NCBI RefSeq assembly: GCF_009914755.1 | Contig: NC_060943.1 | From: the human T2T-CHM13v2.0 reference genome, Homo sapiens | Reading direction: 5' to 3' (one strand) | Length of the DNA: 64,000 bases | In this document: piece after piece, positions 42,106 through 60,964 of the stretch | Layout: each line of letters begins with the position of its first letter | Position numbering within the stretch: position 1 is the stretch's first letter | Made by a program: the position numbers and the translations under genes | Notes under the pieces: model-generated | What the model saw: only the letters and a program-made list of their open reading frames with translations | What the model was told of the DNA's origin: nothing | Databases searched by the model: none

Positions 42106-43109
42106 AGGCAGCTCTCACCTGTCTCAAGAGGCTTCCCTGACCACGTCTTGTAGTGTCCTTAGCTATTACCTACAGGGCATCCTGACCACTTCACCCCTGC
42201 ACTTCCCCCTATCACAAAGGTCTTGTGCATTTATCTTCTTGTTGGTCATTGGTCTCCTGATGGAGATGGTGGAGTCCAGAGAACCGGGGATCTTGCCTGG
42301 ATGATTCACCTCTGAATGTTTTATGCCCATTCTAGGGCATGACACATTTTGTTGAATGCATGGATGAATGGTAGAGAGGAGCTTGGATGGAATGAGAAAA
42401 ATCAGGATGGCGTATAACTAAAGACAGCCTTGCAGGCCATCATCTGAGTGAGGAATAATTCCACAGGCAGCCTCATGACAAAGAGCTCCAGGGAGGCCTT
42501 CAGTAGAATCTACTTGCTCTTAAATGATCAGTCTTGCTGCTTTTTTCTTTTTTTTTAAATTTAACCCCATGCACTCTTTTATTTATTTATCTTTTTCTTA
42601 AAATTCCATTTTCCTTTTGAAACAGGGTCTCGCTCAGTCTCCCAGGCTGAAGTACAATGGGGTGATCATGCAGCCTCAGCCTGCTGGGCTCAAGCAATCC
42701 TCTTGCCTCAGTCTCCCAAGTACCTGGGATGACAGGCTTGTATCACCCCGCCCAGCTAACTTTTGTAATTTTTTTGTAGAGATGGAGGCACCCTATGTTG
42801 CCCAGGCTGGTCTCAAACTCCTGGGTGCAAGCGATCTTCCCACTGCAGCCTCCCAAAGTGCTGGGATTACAGACGTGAGTCAGTGCAGCCGGCCTCCATT
42901 GCACTCTTAGTAATGCCATGAAGCAGCCACTTTGGGCAGCTTTTTGTGTTGTCTGAGAGACACTCTTCCTCAGCCCCTGGTCACCTCTGTTGAAAACTCT
43001 TCCTGGCTGTCTGGCATGCTGGGAATCAGCTCTATTTGTTTTGCCCTGAAGATGTGTTTTATTCATAACTCACTCTGACTCCTTAGAAAACAATTCAATA
43101 AAAACTCAG

Positions 43110-43223
43110 ACGAGTTAATGGGTGCAGCACACCAACATGGCGCATGTATACATATGTAACAAACCTGCACGTTGTGCACATGTACCCTAAAACTTAAAGT
43201 ATAATAATAATAATAAAAAAAAA
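43110..43223 (+). mobile_element. Very short L1PA 3' end insertion (~110 bp)
   Basis: GGGTGCAGCACACCAACATGGC...GTACCCTAAAACTTAAAGTATAATAA followed by poly(A). AACTCAG is repeated on both sides. Confidence 0.9.
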
Positions 43224-44333
43224 CAACTCAGTTGAGGACGGGCACAGTGGCTCACGCCTGTAATCCCAGCACTTTGGGAGGCCAAGGCGAGCTGATCACT
43301 TGAGGTCAGGAGTTTGAGACCAGCCTGGCCAACATGGTGAAACCCTGTCTCTACTAAAAATACAAAAATTAGCTGATTGTGATGGCATGTGCCTGTAATC
43401 CAAGCTACTTGGGAGGCTGAGGCAGGAGAATTGCTTGAACCGGGGAGGCGGAAGTTGCAGTGAGCCAGGATCACGCCACTGTACTCCCGCCTGGGTCACA
43501 GAGCAAGACTCTGTCTCAACCAAAACAAAACCAAACCAAACAAAAAGAAAACACCTCAATTGGGTTGAGCAGGGATGAGGATGCTATCTTCCACTCACCT
43601 TGAGCAGGAATGAGAAATAGAATCTTATTTTATAAAACATACGAATAATAAAACAGCCCTGGTCATATAGCCCAAAGTGGATAAATACTGGCGTAAAGCA
43701 AAAGTGCTAGCTCAGACCATTTCTCTGAGAGAACCACTCCTGTCCTCTTTGCTTTTTCTTTTCCTTTTTAGCATGCTTCTTAACCATCCACAGTTGGGAA
43801 AGAACATTCACCAGGTCCTGCATTTTCCATTGCTGGAGTTGTGGGCACTGCATGGTCTTTCAGAATAATCTGGCTTTGTCTGGGAGCTTGGAGGTTGCCG
43901 AAGAGAGGAAGTATTCCTGATTTAAGTGTGCAGCTCTTCCTGGTTCTTGGCCATCCTTCTTGTTCACCTCATTCACTCAGGCAATACTTAGGGACATAAA
44001 ATCTTCTAGAGCTAGTGTCTCATAGTAGTCCTTGAAATTGAGTCAGACTACCCACAGGCCGCTGCTCTCCCATCCAATGCAGTGAAGCCACCAGTAATAG
44101 CTGAGCTCAGCAGCAACTGCCCCTCCCCAGGCCATTCAACCCCCTCCTGCTGTCATTGTGCCTCTATGGTTTCCTTTCTTTAGATTTATACCCTAAATGT
44201 TTTTCTTCTGTTAAATACGTTTGGGGGTACATATGCAAGGTGTGTTACATGGATATATTGCATGATGCTGATTTGGGTTTCAATTGAAACTGTCACCCAA
44301 ATTGCGAACATAGTACCCAATAGGTAGTTTTTT

Positions 44334-45012
<679 letters not shown>

Positions 45013-45058
45013 TCACTTAGGATAATGGGCTCCAGTTGCGTCCATGTCACTGCAATGA

Positions 45059-45229
<171 letters not shown>

Positions 45230-45232
45230 TAA

Positions 45233-45642
<410 letters not shown>

Positions 45643-46027
45643 TGAGCCACTGTGCCCAGCCAATTGTATTCTTTTTTATGGCTGCATAGCAATCCATGGT
45701 GTCTATATACTACATTTAAAAAAATCCAGTCCACCACTGATAGGCACCCCGGTTGATTCAATTTCTTTGTTATTGTGAATAGTGCTGTGATAAACATGCT
45801 CATTTGGTAGAATGATTTATTTTCCTTGGGCATTCCCTCAATTTGATTCCAGTGCTGGCTCATCACAGATTTCTCTTTGCTTCAGATTCTCATCCACGCA
45901 TTTAGACCCAAGCAAGCCCTTCTCTCTGTTTTCTTACTTAGCTTGTTGCTTCAGTTTCATCATCCCGTTTCACCTCCCAGCCCTTTTGGTATCTGACCTC
46001 AGCTTTGGTTAAGGACCCCTGGGATGA

Positions 46028-46351
<324 letters not shown>

Positions 46352-46681
46352 TGAGGCACCACGTCCGGCTGAACCTCAAATTTTTCACTATAGGGAGCAG
46401 TGGGTAGCTCTTCATTGGAGTGTGGCCAAGCGTCTCATTCAGAGATGCCAGCTGCTTCTTTCCCATCCCATGCCTTGGATAGACACTAACTGATTAAGTT
46501 TTCTCCCTCCAGCCTACTGATTCTAGCTGCAGCCTCATTACTCTTCTCAAGACACCATCCCAGGAAGCCACTACCAATCAATGATGATTGGCATGTGAGA
46601 TGAAAATTATTTGCCACCCCATGCAGGCTTCTTGCCATAGTTCAGCTGTTCTTCCTGCAGCTAAAGTGCATTGTGTAAAAC

Positions 46682-47626
46682 ATGGGGGATGTGAATCAGT
46701 CGGTGGCCTCAGACTTCATTCTGGTGGGCCTCTTCAGTCACTCAGGATCACGCCAGCTCCTCTTCTCCCTGGTGGCTGTCATGTTTGTCATAGGCCTTCT
46801 GGGCAACACCGTTCTTCTCTTCTTGATCCGTGTGGACTCCCGGCTCCACACACCCATGTACTTCCTGCTCAGCCAGCTCTCCCTGTTTGACATTGGCTGT
46901 CCCATGGTCACCATCCCCAAGATGGCATCAGACTTTCTGCGGGGAGAAGGTGCCACCTCCTATGGAGGTGGTGCAGCTCAAATATTCTTCCTCACACTGA
47001 TGGGTGTGGCTGAGGGCGTCCTGTTGGTCCTCATGTCTTATGACCGTTATGTTGCTGTGTGCCAGCCCCTGCAGTATCCTGTACTTATGAGACGCCAGGT
47101 ATGTCTGCTGATGATGGGCTCCTCCTGGGTGGTAGGTGTGCTCAACGCCTCCATCCAGACCTCCATCACCCTGCATTTTCCCTACTGTGCCTCCCGTATT
47201 GTGGATCACTTCTTCTGTGAGGTGCCAGCCCTACTGAAGCTCTCCTGTGCAGATACCTGTGCCTACGAGATGGCGCTGTCCACCTCAGGGGTGCTGATCC
47301 TAATGCTCCCTCTTTCCCTCATCGCCACCTCCTACGGCCACGTGTTGCAGGCTGTTCTAAGCATGCGCTCAGAGGAGGCCAGACACAAGGCTGTCACCAC
47401 CTGCTCCTCGCACATCACGGTAGTGGGGCTCTTTTATGGTGCCGCCGTGTTCATGTACATGGTGCCTTGCGCCTACCACAGTCCACAGCAGGATAACGTG
47501 GTTTCCCTCTTCTATAGCCTTGTCACCCCTACACTCAACCCCCTTATCTACAGTCTGAGGAATCCGGAGGTGTGGATGGCTTTGGTCAAAGTGCTTAGCA
47601 GAGCTGGACTCAGGCAAATGTGCTGA
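46682..47626 (+). CDS. OR2Z1: Olfactory receptor, family 2, 314 aa
   Basis: OR motifs GN (TM1), LHTPMYFLLSQLS, MSYDRYVAVC, HFFCE, KAVTTCSSH and PTLNPLIYSLRN; N-glycosylation site NQS. Position next to ACTL9 fits OR2Z1. Confidence 0.96.
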   Translation: MGDVNQSVASDFILVGLFSHSGSRQLLFSLVAVMFVIGLLGNTVLLFLIRVDSRLHTPMYFLLSQLSLFDIGCPMVTIPKMASDFLRGEGATSYGGGAAQIFFLTLMGVAEGVLLVLMSYDRYVAVCQPLQYPVLMRRQVCLLMMGSSWVVGVLNASIQTSITLHFPYCASRIVDHFFCEVPALLKLSCADTCAYEMALSTSGVLILMLPLSLIATSYGHVLQAVLSMRSEEARHKAVTTCSSHITVVGLFYGAAVFMYMVPCAYHSPQQDNVVSLFYSLVTPTLNPLIYSLRNPEVWMALVKVLSRAGLRQMC

Positions 47627-47984
47627 CTACATAGAAACTGCTGGTGAGATTCCAGCGGTCCTCGATCCCACCCACCTTCCCAAAGTATGCATTTGGCATT
47701 CAATTGCCAATTTGTGCAACTGGCCAAATATCCAGCCATTGCCCAAGGTGCAACTTTTTGAGAAAATGTCTGCCTTTTAAATTGAGGTAGAATACACGTA
47801 ACATAAAATGAGCCACTTTGAAGTGTAAAATTCAGCTGCTAAGTGCTTATGTCCAAGGCTAAGTGTCTGCCCAGTTCCTCCCTGCTCACGCCGAGTTCCT
47901 CCCTGCTGATGACTAGCTGGGTTCATGTTTTCCCTCATGGACTTGTGGAAAGCAATGGTAATCATCCCAATCACATTCAGCATA

Positions 47985-52490
<4,506 letters not shown>

Positions 52491-53623
52491 AAAATGGTGA
52501 ATAGAAGAATAATTGAATAACTGCCTCAGACATTTATACAGTTCTCATCTCATTCTGGGCACACGGAAGATCATGTTGGCCTCATCTCCTTGATTTTAAA
52601 AACAGTATTCTAAAATCAAGGAGACTAGATGTATCACTTCTAGGCCAAATCATGAAGGAAAATGTGTAAGAGTTTCATGTGCTCTTCATCTCTGTGATCA
52701 GAATTGAAGAAGGCATGAGTTTGAGATGCTGCATCACCAAGATCGTGGTGATTCCATTATCATTACCCTTGTAACTTGTGAGCATCCTTACTGCCAGCAA
52801 TCATTATTAGATATCAAATTTGAGATAGGAGTTCATATTTACTGTATGAATATCTCGGTCTGGGAGTGGTGGCTCATGCCTGTAATCCCAGTGCTTTGGG
52901 AGGCAGAGGAAGGAGGCTCACTTGAGCCCAAGAGTTTGAGACCACCCAGGACAACACAGGGAGACCCCATCTCTACAAAAAATGTAAAAATCAGCCAAGT
53001 GTGGTGGTAGGTGCCTGCAGTCCCAGCAATTTGGGAGGCTGATGTGGGAGGATCCCTTGAGCCTGGGATGTCAAGGCTGCAGAGAGCCGAGATCATGCCA
53101 CTGAACTTCAGCCTGGGCAACAGAGCAAGACTCTCTCTCAAATACAAAACGCTTTTTCCTTTAGGCTTAAATTCTAACCCTCAAACCTCCAATGTGAAGG
53201 TATTAGGAGGTGGGGCCCTTGGGAGATGATGAGGTTGTGAAAGTGGAACCCTCGTAAATGGGATTAGTGCCCTTCTGAAAGTGGCAGAAGAGAGCTCGCC
53301 AACACCTTCCATGTGAGGAGACAGGGAAGATATGACAGTCTCCAACCTGGAAGAGGGTCCTCACCAGACCCTGATCATGCTGGCACCCTCATCTTGGAAT
53401 TCCAGCCTCCAGAACAGTGATAAACAAATGTCTGTTCTTAAAAAAAAAAAACTGTGGAAAGCAATGTTAATGTTCCCAATCACTTTTGGTACATTCTTTC
53501 CTTAACTATGTCTTAATGCATAGTTGTGTTGGATGGCCTACTTTGTAATGTTAGAATATGCATGTTAGTGAATTAACAAATACAGCAGTAAAGAATGCTC
53601 TTCGGGTTGGGAATGGTGGCTCA

Positions 53624-53878
<255 letters not shown>

Positions 53879-54214
53879 TCAAAAAAGAAAAAAAAAAAAA
53901 AAAAGAAATGCTGTTTGTTGACCATTTGAATGGCTAGTCTTGGTGCTTCCTGGTGGGTGAGGAGAGCCCTGCCCCATTCCTACCCATTCAAGTAGACATG
54001 GCATAAGAGTGATTCTCACTTTCTCCTATAGCCTCCTTATCCATTGGCTGAAAAGATTGTTTTTTAACGTGTCTTATAAATGCTTCCATAGCAAAAAAAA
54101 TGAATTGACTTTTATAGTGACTCTTTCGGGGATTGTTACCCATAATTCCATAATTTGTTTGAACTCCTAAAAAAGGGAAGTATGCCGAGCACAATGGAGA
54201 TTTCGTCTCAAAAA

Positions 54215-54249
<35 letters not shown>

Positions 54250-54396
54250 ATAGAAAAGAAAGAAAAGGAAGTAAAGGGAAATATACAAATATACAAGGTG
54301 TTATGAGAGAGTTGCTAATTGTGATTCCCTCTTAATTGTCCAAAGAGACCACCTCTGGGGATCTATTCCTAAAAGACTCGTTAGAAGTGCAGACTC

Positions 54397-56168
54397 GCTC
54401 TCTCCCTCTCCCTCTCCCTCTCCCGTCTCCCCACAGTCTCCCTCTCCCTCTCTTTCCATGGTCTCCCTCTGATGCCGAGCCGAAGCTGGACTGTACTGCT
54501 GCCATCTCGGCTCACTGCAACCTCCCTGCCTGATTCTCCTGCCTCAGCCTGCGGAGTGCCTGCGACTGCAGGAGCGCGCTGCCACGCCTGACTGGTTTTC
54601 GTATTTTTTTGGTGGAAATGGGGTTTTGCTGTGTTGGCCGGGCTGGTCTCCAGCTCCTAACCGCGAGTGATCCGCCAGCCTCGCCTCCCGAGGTGCCCGG
54701 ATTGCAGACGGAGTCTTGTTCACTCAGTGCTCAATGGCGCCCAGGCTGGAGTGCAGTGGTGTGATCTCAGCTTGCTACAACCTCCACCTCCCAGCTGCCA
54801 GCCTTGGCCTCCCAAAGTGCCGAGATTGCAGCCTCTGCCTGGCCGCCACCCCGTCTGGAAAGTGAGGAGCGTCTCTGCCTGGCCGCCCATCGTCTGGGAT
54901 GTGAGGAGCCCCTCTGCCCGGCCGTCCAGTCTGGAAAGTGAGGAGCGTCTCTGCCCGGCCGCCATCCCATCTAGGAAGTGAGGAGCGTCTCTGCCAGGCC
55001 GCCCATCCTCTGAGATGTGGGGAGCGCCTCTGCCCCGCCGCCCCGTCTGGGATGTGAGGAGCGCCTCTGCCCGGCTGCCCCGTCTGAGAAGTGAGGAGCC
55101 CCTCTGCCTGGCAGCCGCCCCGTCTGAGAAGGGAGGAGCCCCTCCACCCGGCAGCCACCCCGTCTGGGAAGTGAGGAGCATCTCCGCCTGGCAGCCGCCC
55201 CGTTCGGGAGGGAGGTGGGGGCGTCAGCCCCCCGCCCGGCCAGCCGCCCCATCCGGGAGGGAGGTGGGGGGGTCAGCCCCCCGCCCGGCCAGCCGCCCCG
55301 TCCAGGAGGGAGGTGGGGGGGCCAGCCCCCCGCCCGGCCAGCTGCCCCGTCTGGGAGGGAGGTGGGGGGTGAGACCCCCGCCCGGCCAGCCGCCCTGTCC
55401 AGGAGGGAGGTGGGGGGTCAGACCCCCGCCCGGCCAGCCGCCCCATCCGGGAGGGAGGTGGGGGGGTCAGCCCCCCGCCCGGCCAGCCGCCCCGTCCGGG
55501 AGGGAGGTGGGGGGGTCAGCCCCCTGCCCGGCCAGCCGCCCCGTCCGGGAGGGAGGTGGGGGGGTCAGCCCCCGCCCGGCCAGCCACCCCATCCGGGAGG
55601 TGAGGGGCGCCTCTACCCGGCCAGCCGCCCCGTCTGGGAGGTGTACCCAACAGCTCATTGAGAACGGGCCATGATGACAATGGTGGTTTTGTGGAATAGA
55701 AAAGGGGGAAAGGTGGGGAAAAGATTGAGAAACCGGATGGTTGCTGTGTCTGTGTAGAAAGAAGTAGACTTGGGAGACTTTTCATTTTGTTCTGTACTAA
55801 GAAAAATTATTCTGCCTTGGGATCCTGTTGATCTATGACCTTACCCCCAACCCTGTGCTCTCTGAAACATGTGCTGTGTCCACTCAGGGTTAAATGGATT
55901 AAGGGCGGTGCAAGATGTGCTTTGTTAAACAGATGCTTGAAGGCAACATGCTCCTTAAGAGTCATCACCACTCCCTAATCTCAAGTACCCAGGGAAACAA
56001 ACACTGTGGAAGGCTGCAGGGTCCTCTGCCTAGGAAAACTAGAGACCTTTGTTCACTTGTGTATCTGCTGACCTTACCTCCACTATTGTCCTATGACCCT
56101 GCCAAATCCCCCTCTGCGAGAAACACCCAAGAATGATCAATAAAAATAAAAATAAAAAAATAAAAAAA
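54397..56168 (+). mobile_element. SVA retrotransposon (full structure)
   Basis: (CCCTCT)n hexamer, antisense Alu-like region, GC-rich VNTR (~54830-55640), SINE-R, AATAAA and poly(A). TSD AGAAGTGCAGACTC (54383-54396) / AGAAGGGCAGACTC (56169-56182). The empty site is visible at 63629-63642. Confidence 0.97.
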
Positions 56169-56472
56169 AGAAGGGCAGACTCATGCATTTAAGAATCACT
56201 CAGGGAAATCTGAAGATGACCTGTGGTGGGGGTATAAATGGATTCTTAAATGTGTCTTGTGATTATGTGAGAGTGTGACTGTGTGACTGTGTGTGTGTGT
56301 GTGTGTGCTGTCATCTATGGAGTGGGGGATCCTCTTTTGCCTTGAGAAAGCTCATCTCTGTCCACTTACTCTGGGCTCTACCATCTGTGCCTTGTATCCA
56401 GTAGAAATAAAACAGTTTGCGGCAGAAATGGAGTTTTATTTTATTTTACTTTTTTATTAGGATTATTTGTAG

Positions 56473-56673
<201 letters not shown>

Positions 56674-56676
56674 TGA

Positions 56677-56997
<321 letters not shown>

Positions 56998-57131
56998 TGA
57001 TGCACCCGCCTGAGCCTCCCGAAGTGCTCGGATTACAGGCATGAGCCACCATGCACGGCCCAGAAATGGAGATTTTTGAGCAAACACATTAAAGAAAAGA
57101 AACGCAAATAGACGAAACTCATTTTAACATT

Positions 57132-57137
57132 TTTATT
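57132..57137 (-). terminator. Poly(A) signal of the PRR23-like gene
   Basis: TTTATT on + reads AATAAA on -, followed on - by a GU/U-rich element GTTTCGTCTATTTGCGTTTCTTTTCTTT (57118-57091). This implies a 3'UTR of ~1.1 kb. Confidence 0.65.
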
Positions 57138-58250
57138 TAACCCAAGGAATACAGATATAATCAACACCAATACAATTGATGTCACAATGATGACTAATAT
57201 ACATGCTACAATCCTTCATTCTCAGATGCAAAATCTAGTATGTGTTTTACAGCAAACGTCAGTTGGAAACTGAACGTCGATCACACATGCTTGATGTGCA
57301 TGTCAATTTCATGAGAGTTACAATCTCAGGAGAAGTCTCACATAGCGTAAGAGTCCAAACATACCTTCAAGTGTTTCGACAAGTTCTTCACTACTCATTC
57401 TTAGAACTGAATTTACCAACAACAATCCCAGCCTATTCATTGCTGAACTGCATCCCATTGAAAGAATGGGTCACAGTTCCTCTCTCTAGACACTGTGGAA
57501 CGACATTGAAGGCCCTTCCATCTTTTGGCGATTGTGAGGACAGGTGCTAGAAGCCTCTGCCCTCAGCCTTGTCCACGTGAGTTCTAATTCCTTTAGAACA
57601 ACTATCTCAGGGTGGGAAAGATGGTTCCAATGCTAAGTGCCTATTGCATTGATTATGAATCAATGAAACTCTTTCTCCCTGGGGGTTGTCCCAGTTGGAT
57701 TCCAAGCAGCACTGTCAGAGTGTTCCAGCTTCTCCACATGCTCCGCAGCCCTTGGGATGGTGAGTGATTGTCACGGTGGCTTCTGGGAGAGCTTCTTGGT
57801 TGTTGTTGAAGGTGTATTTGACGTGCATTTCCCCAGGGGAGGGACAGTGAACGCTTTTTGAAGTGGTTCTTTACATCCCCTTTGAGGAAATGTCTGCTCA
57901 AGTCTCTGGCTGGGTTTTGAACAGAATCATTTGTTTGTCCCATTGGAGTTTTGACAACTCTGTGTATTCTGAGTATGAGCAGTCCTTGCACGTATATGAG
58001 ATTTGCAAATATTTTGTGCCCCAATCTCAAGGTTGCTCTTTGATACAAATCAAGAGCATCTGAGGCAGAGCAAAGGTTCAGGTGAGAGGACGGAGCATTT
58101 CTCCACCTCTCCAGCATGCGCAGCATCTCTCTCCTCCGAGATGCCGAGACATGTGTGCAGGGAGACACCATGAAAAAGCAGGTGTGCTTCATTCTGAATA
58201 GAGCGTCTCTGATTCCCGTCTGGTGCCTGAGGGTGCATGGCCCATGAGCC

Positions 58251-60645
58251 TTAGAAGAGACGTCTTCGGGCCTTGCACGTTGGCCTCCATAGAAACTTGT
58301 GGCAAATTCTGGGCTCCGGACTGGGTGATGGAGGTAGAGGTCTGAGGGCAGAGGTGGGCAGGGGCTCCAGGCCATGGAGATCCAAGTGGAATTCTTCAGG
58401 CAGAGCCTGTCTCCAGGGACTAGGCTTGGGCATTTGGGATGAGCCCTGGGGGACGGCCGCTCTGTAGTCAGGTTTGAGGTAGAGGACACGCCAGGAAGAA
58501 GGGCTGACTCCATGCACAAGGTTTGCTGGGGGTCCCATCAGGGGCAGGAAGCCTTGGGGAGCCTCACCCTCTTCTACTGAAGGCGCCACACACACATTCT
58601 CTGCTCTCTGGGCTCTCACAGATCCATTTTCAATGTCAATCTCCCAGACAGTCTCTGTACTAGTGAGCAGGAGCCAGCGGGCATGGGCAGGGTACAAGAG
58701 ATCCTTCAGGGACATCAAGAGTTGCTCAGGGACCACCAGGAGCTGCACATTGAGGAGGCTGAGTCGCAGGGCTCCCTGTGGGTCCAGCCCCAGGAACTCC
58801 TGCCCCAGGCGCAGGTGCAGGACCATTCCTGGTTCCAAGACCGCGATGATCATCTTCCTCTGGGGAAGCTGTGGGCCCTGGGGGAGAAAAGCCGTGGGTC
58901 AGTCATTGTCCTCTGAGGGTGGCTCAAACAGGGAGAGAGCAAGGCGGGGAGCTGCCAGTAACTTCCCCAGGCATAAATGAAACCCCGCAGGGACACCCAG
59001 AATTGGCACCTGTATTGACGCCCCTTGGGACGGTGATTTCCTGCAAGTCCCCTAGGGCCTGGAGCTCAGGCAGACCTGTCTCACCCACGCCCACCTAGGT
59101 GGTGTGACCTTACCTGGGGCAGCTCCAGGGGCAGCTGTGCAGGGTGGTGGGGAGCTGGCTGTACCGGAGCTGGTTCTGCACCTGTGGAGAGAGCAGAGTG
59201 TGCAGGTGAAAGCCCTTGTCATGCAGGATGCCCTTGAGGGTTCAAGGTGCCTCCGTGAGAAAGACCAAATACAGAAGAAGCCAGGTACAGGACACCCAGC
59301 CACGGAGCTGCAGGAGGAAGCTCCCGACACTCTGGACAGCACAGCTGCTCGCCTCATGACGTGACGGGACACTGGCTTGGTAGCAGGGGACTCAGGATGA
59401 AAAAGAGAAGATGCCTCACCTGGATGAGGACCCAGCTCCTCCACTTTCTGGCGTTTTGGGGCATTTGATGGCGTGCCGCTGGAGCTGTAGGACAGAGAGA
59501 CACAGTCAGATTTCGGGCAGTTCCCTAACGTCCAATTCCCTGAATCCCCACAAATTCACTCCACTTCCCTGCCTTTCATTCAAGGCCACAGACTCGTCAT
59601 CCACTTCCTGTGAGACCTGCTCCCAATCTGTCCTAACTCCCAGCTGTTCTTGTTCTCACCCCATCTACCTGAGCTTCCCTGGGTGAAGAAAAGGCAGGGA
59701 AGGAGGGTCGGTGCCCACAGGGAGCAGTTTACCCTTTCAGGAGCTCACGCAGATGAGAGTTGGAAAACTCTCCTTGGGTGTGAGGAGCTGGAGAAAGATG
59801 TTGAGATCCCGGAGAGGTGGCACCTCTGTCTACACAGGTAACAAAGGAATGGGGTCTTAGGATTCGAATCACAGCAGGAGAAGAGGAAGGAATTTGTCGG
59901 GCATGACGGCATGCGCCTGTAATCCCAGCACTTTGGGAGGCCAAGGTCGGAGGATTGCTTGAGTCCAGGAGTTTGAGAGCAGCCTGGGCAACATGGTGAA
60001 AGCTAGTCTCCACTAAAAATACTAAACATTAGTGGGTCATGGTGGTGCATGCCTGTGGTCTCACCTACTCAGGAGGCTCAGGTGGGAGGATCACCTGCGA
60101 CTCAGAGGTGGAGCCCGCAGTCAGCTAAAATCACGCCACTGCACTCCAGTGTGGACCATCGGAGTGAGACGCTGTCTCAATAAAATAAATCAGTAAATAA
60201 GACAAATAGAAAAATTAAAAATGAAAAAAGGAGGAAACTGTTTTATTTTTCCTAGTAGATCTTGAAACTCTCACATCATGTCCTACAATCTCCCTTCTTG
60301 CAGAACACAGAACCCATTCCCTGTGGAGCTGGTTGGGTGGATTGAAAGTGGGGCTGCCCTGAGATATGTGTGTGGTTGCGATGTAGAAGCCTTCCCAGCA
60401 CCCTGTGATGACTTACGGGCACCTCACTTCCCTCTGGCCCCAAATTCAAAACATCCAATCTCATGGCAGGTTCATGCACCCTTTTCCCTTCCCCTCTCTC
60501 CAACACACACCCACACATCCCACAGGCAGGTCACCCCGCAGGCGTCCCCAGCACATAGCAAAGCTCACCCGCTCTCTCCTGCGTGGTCGCTCTTGGATTC
60601 GGTGCAGGAATCACTGGGGCTTCTTGGGCGCCGGGAACCTTTCAT
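58251..60645 (-). CDS. PRR23/PRR23D-like proline-rich protein, 4 coding exons, 278 aa, inside the macrosatellite unit
   Basis: Exons 60645-60569 (77 nt), 59484-59420 (65), 59181-59114 (68) and 58877-58251 (627) total 837 nt. Donors GG|GTGAG, CAG|GTGAG and CAG|GTAAG; all acceptors are pyrimidine tract plus CAG; phases 2/1/0 are consistent. Start context is CACCATG. Protein [13 protein letters not shown]...PKRQKVEE...LELPQ...[21 protein letters not shown]...CKARRRLF matches PRR23-family motifs as recalled. Confidence 0.85.
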
Positions 60646-60964
60646 GGTGAAAATTTCCAGGGTTCTCCAAGTCAGCCACTGCCAGTGTTTGTCTGTCTCC
60701 TGCAAAGATTTCTTCTTGGCTCCCGAATCCTTTAGTTCCTTTGAGAGAGTGGTGTCAGCCCCAAAGCTGCTCCCGAAGGCTTGGGTTGTGTAGCGACGGG
60801 GCTGTGGCCAGCGGCAGGTGGATGAGGCTCTGACAACTGAGCTCTTGGGGGAATCTTGTACACTGTCAGCAGGGGGTGGAGCCAGGGGATTTGTCAGCAG
60901 GAACTGATGTGATTGGCTGTTCCTGGTATGACAACGGGAGGGGCCCTCATGGAGGATTGGGGCG

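Noticed and set aside
54667-55785. Pro/Gly/Arg-rich ORFs
   Set aside because: They lie in the SVA Alu-like and VNTR domains.
57653-58519. 288-aa ORF on the - strand
   Set aside because: It is an alternative frame overlapping the PRR23-like last exon and runs into L1-derived 3'UTR sequence (…RDLSRHFLKGD…). No independent homology recognised.
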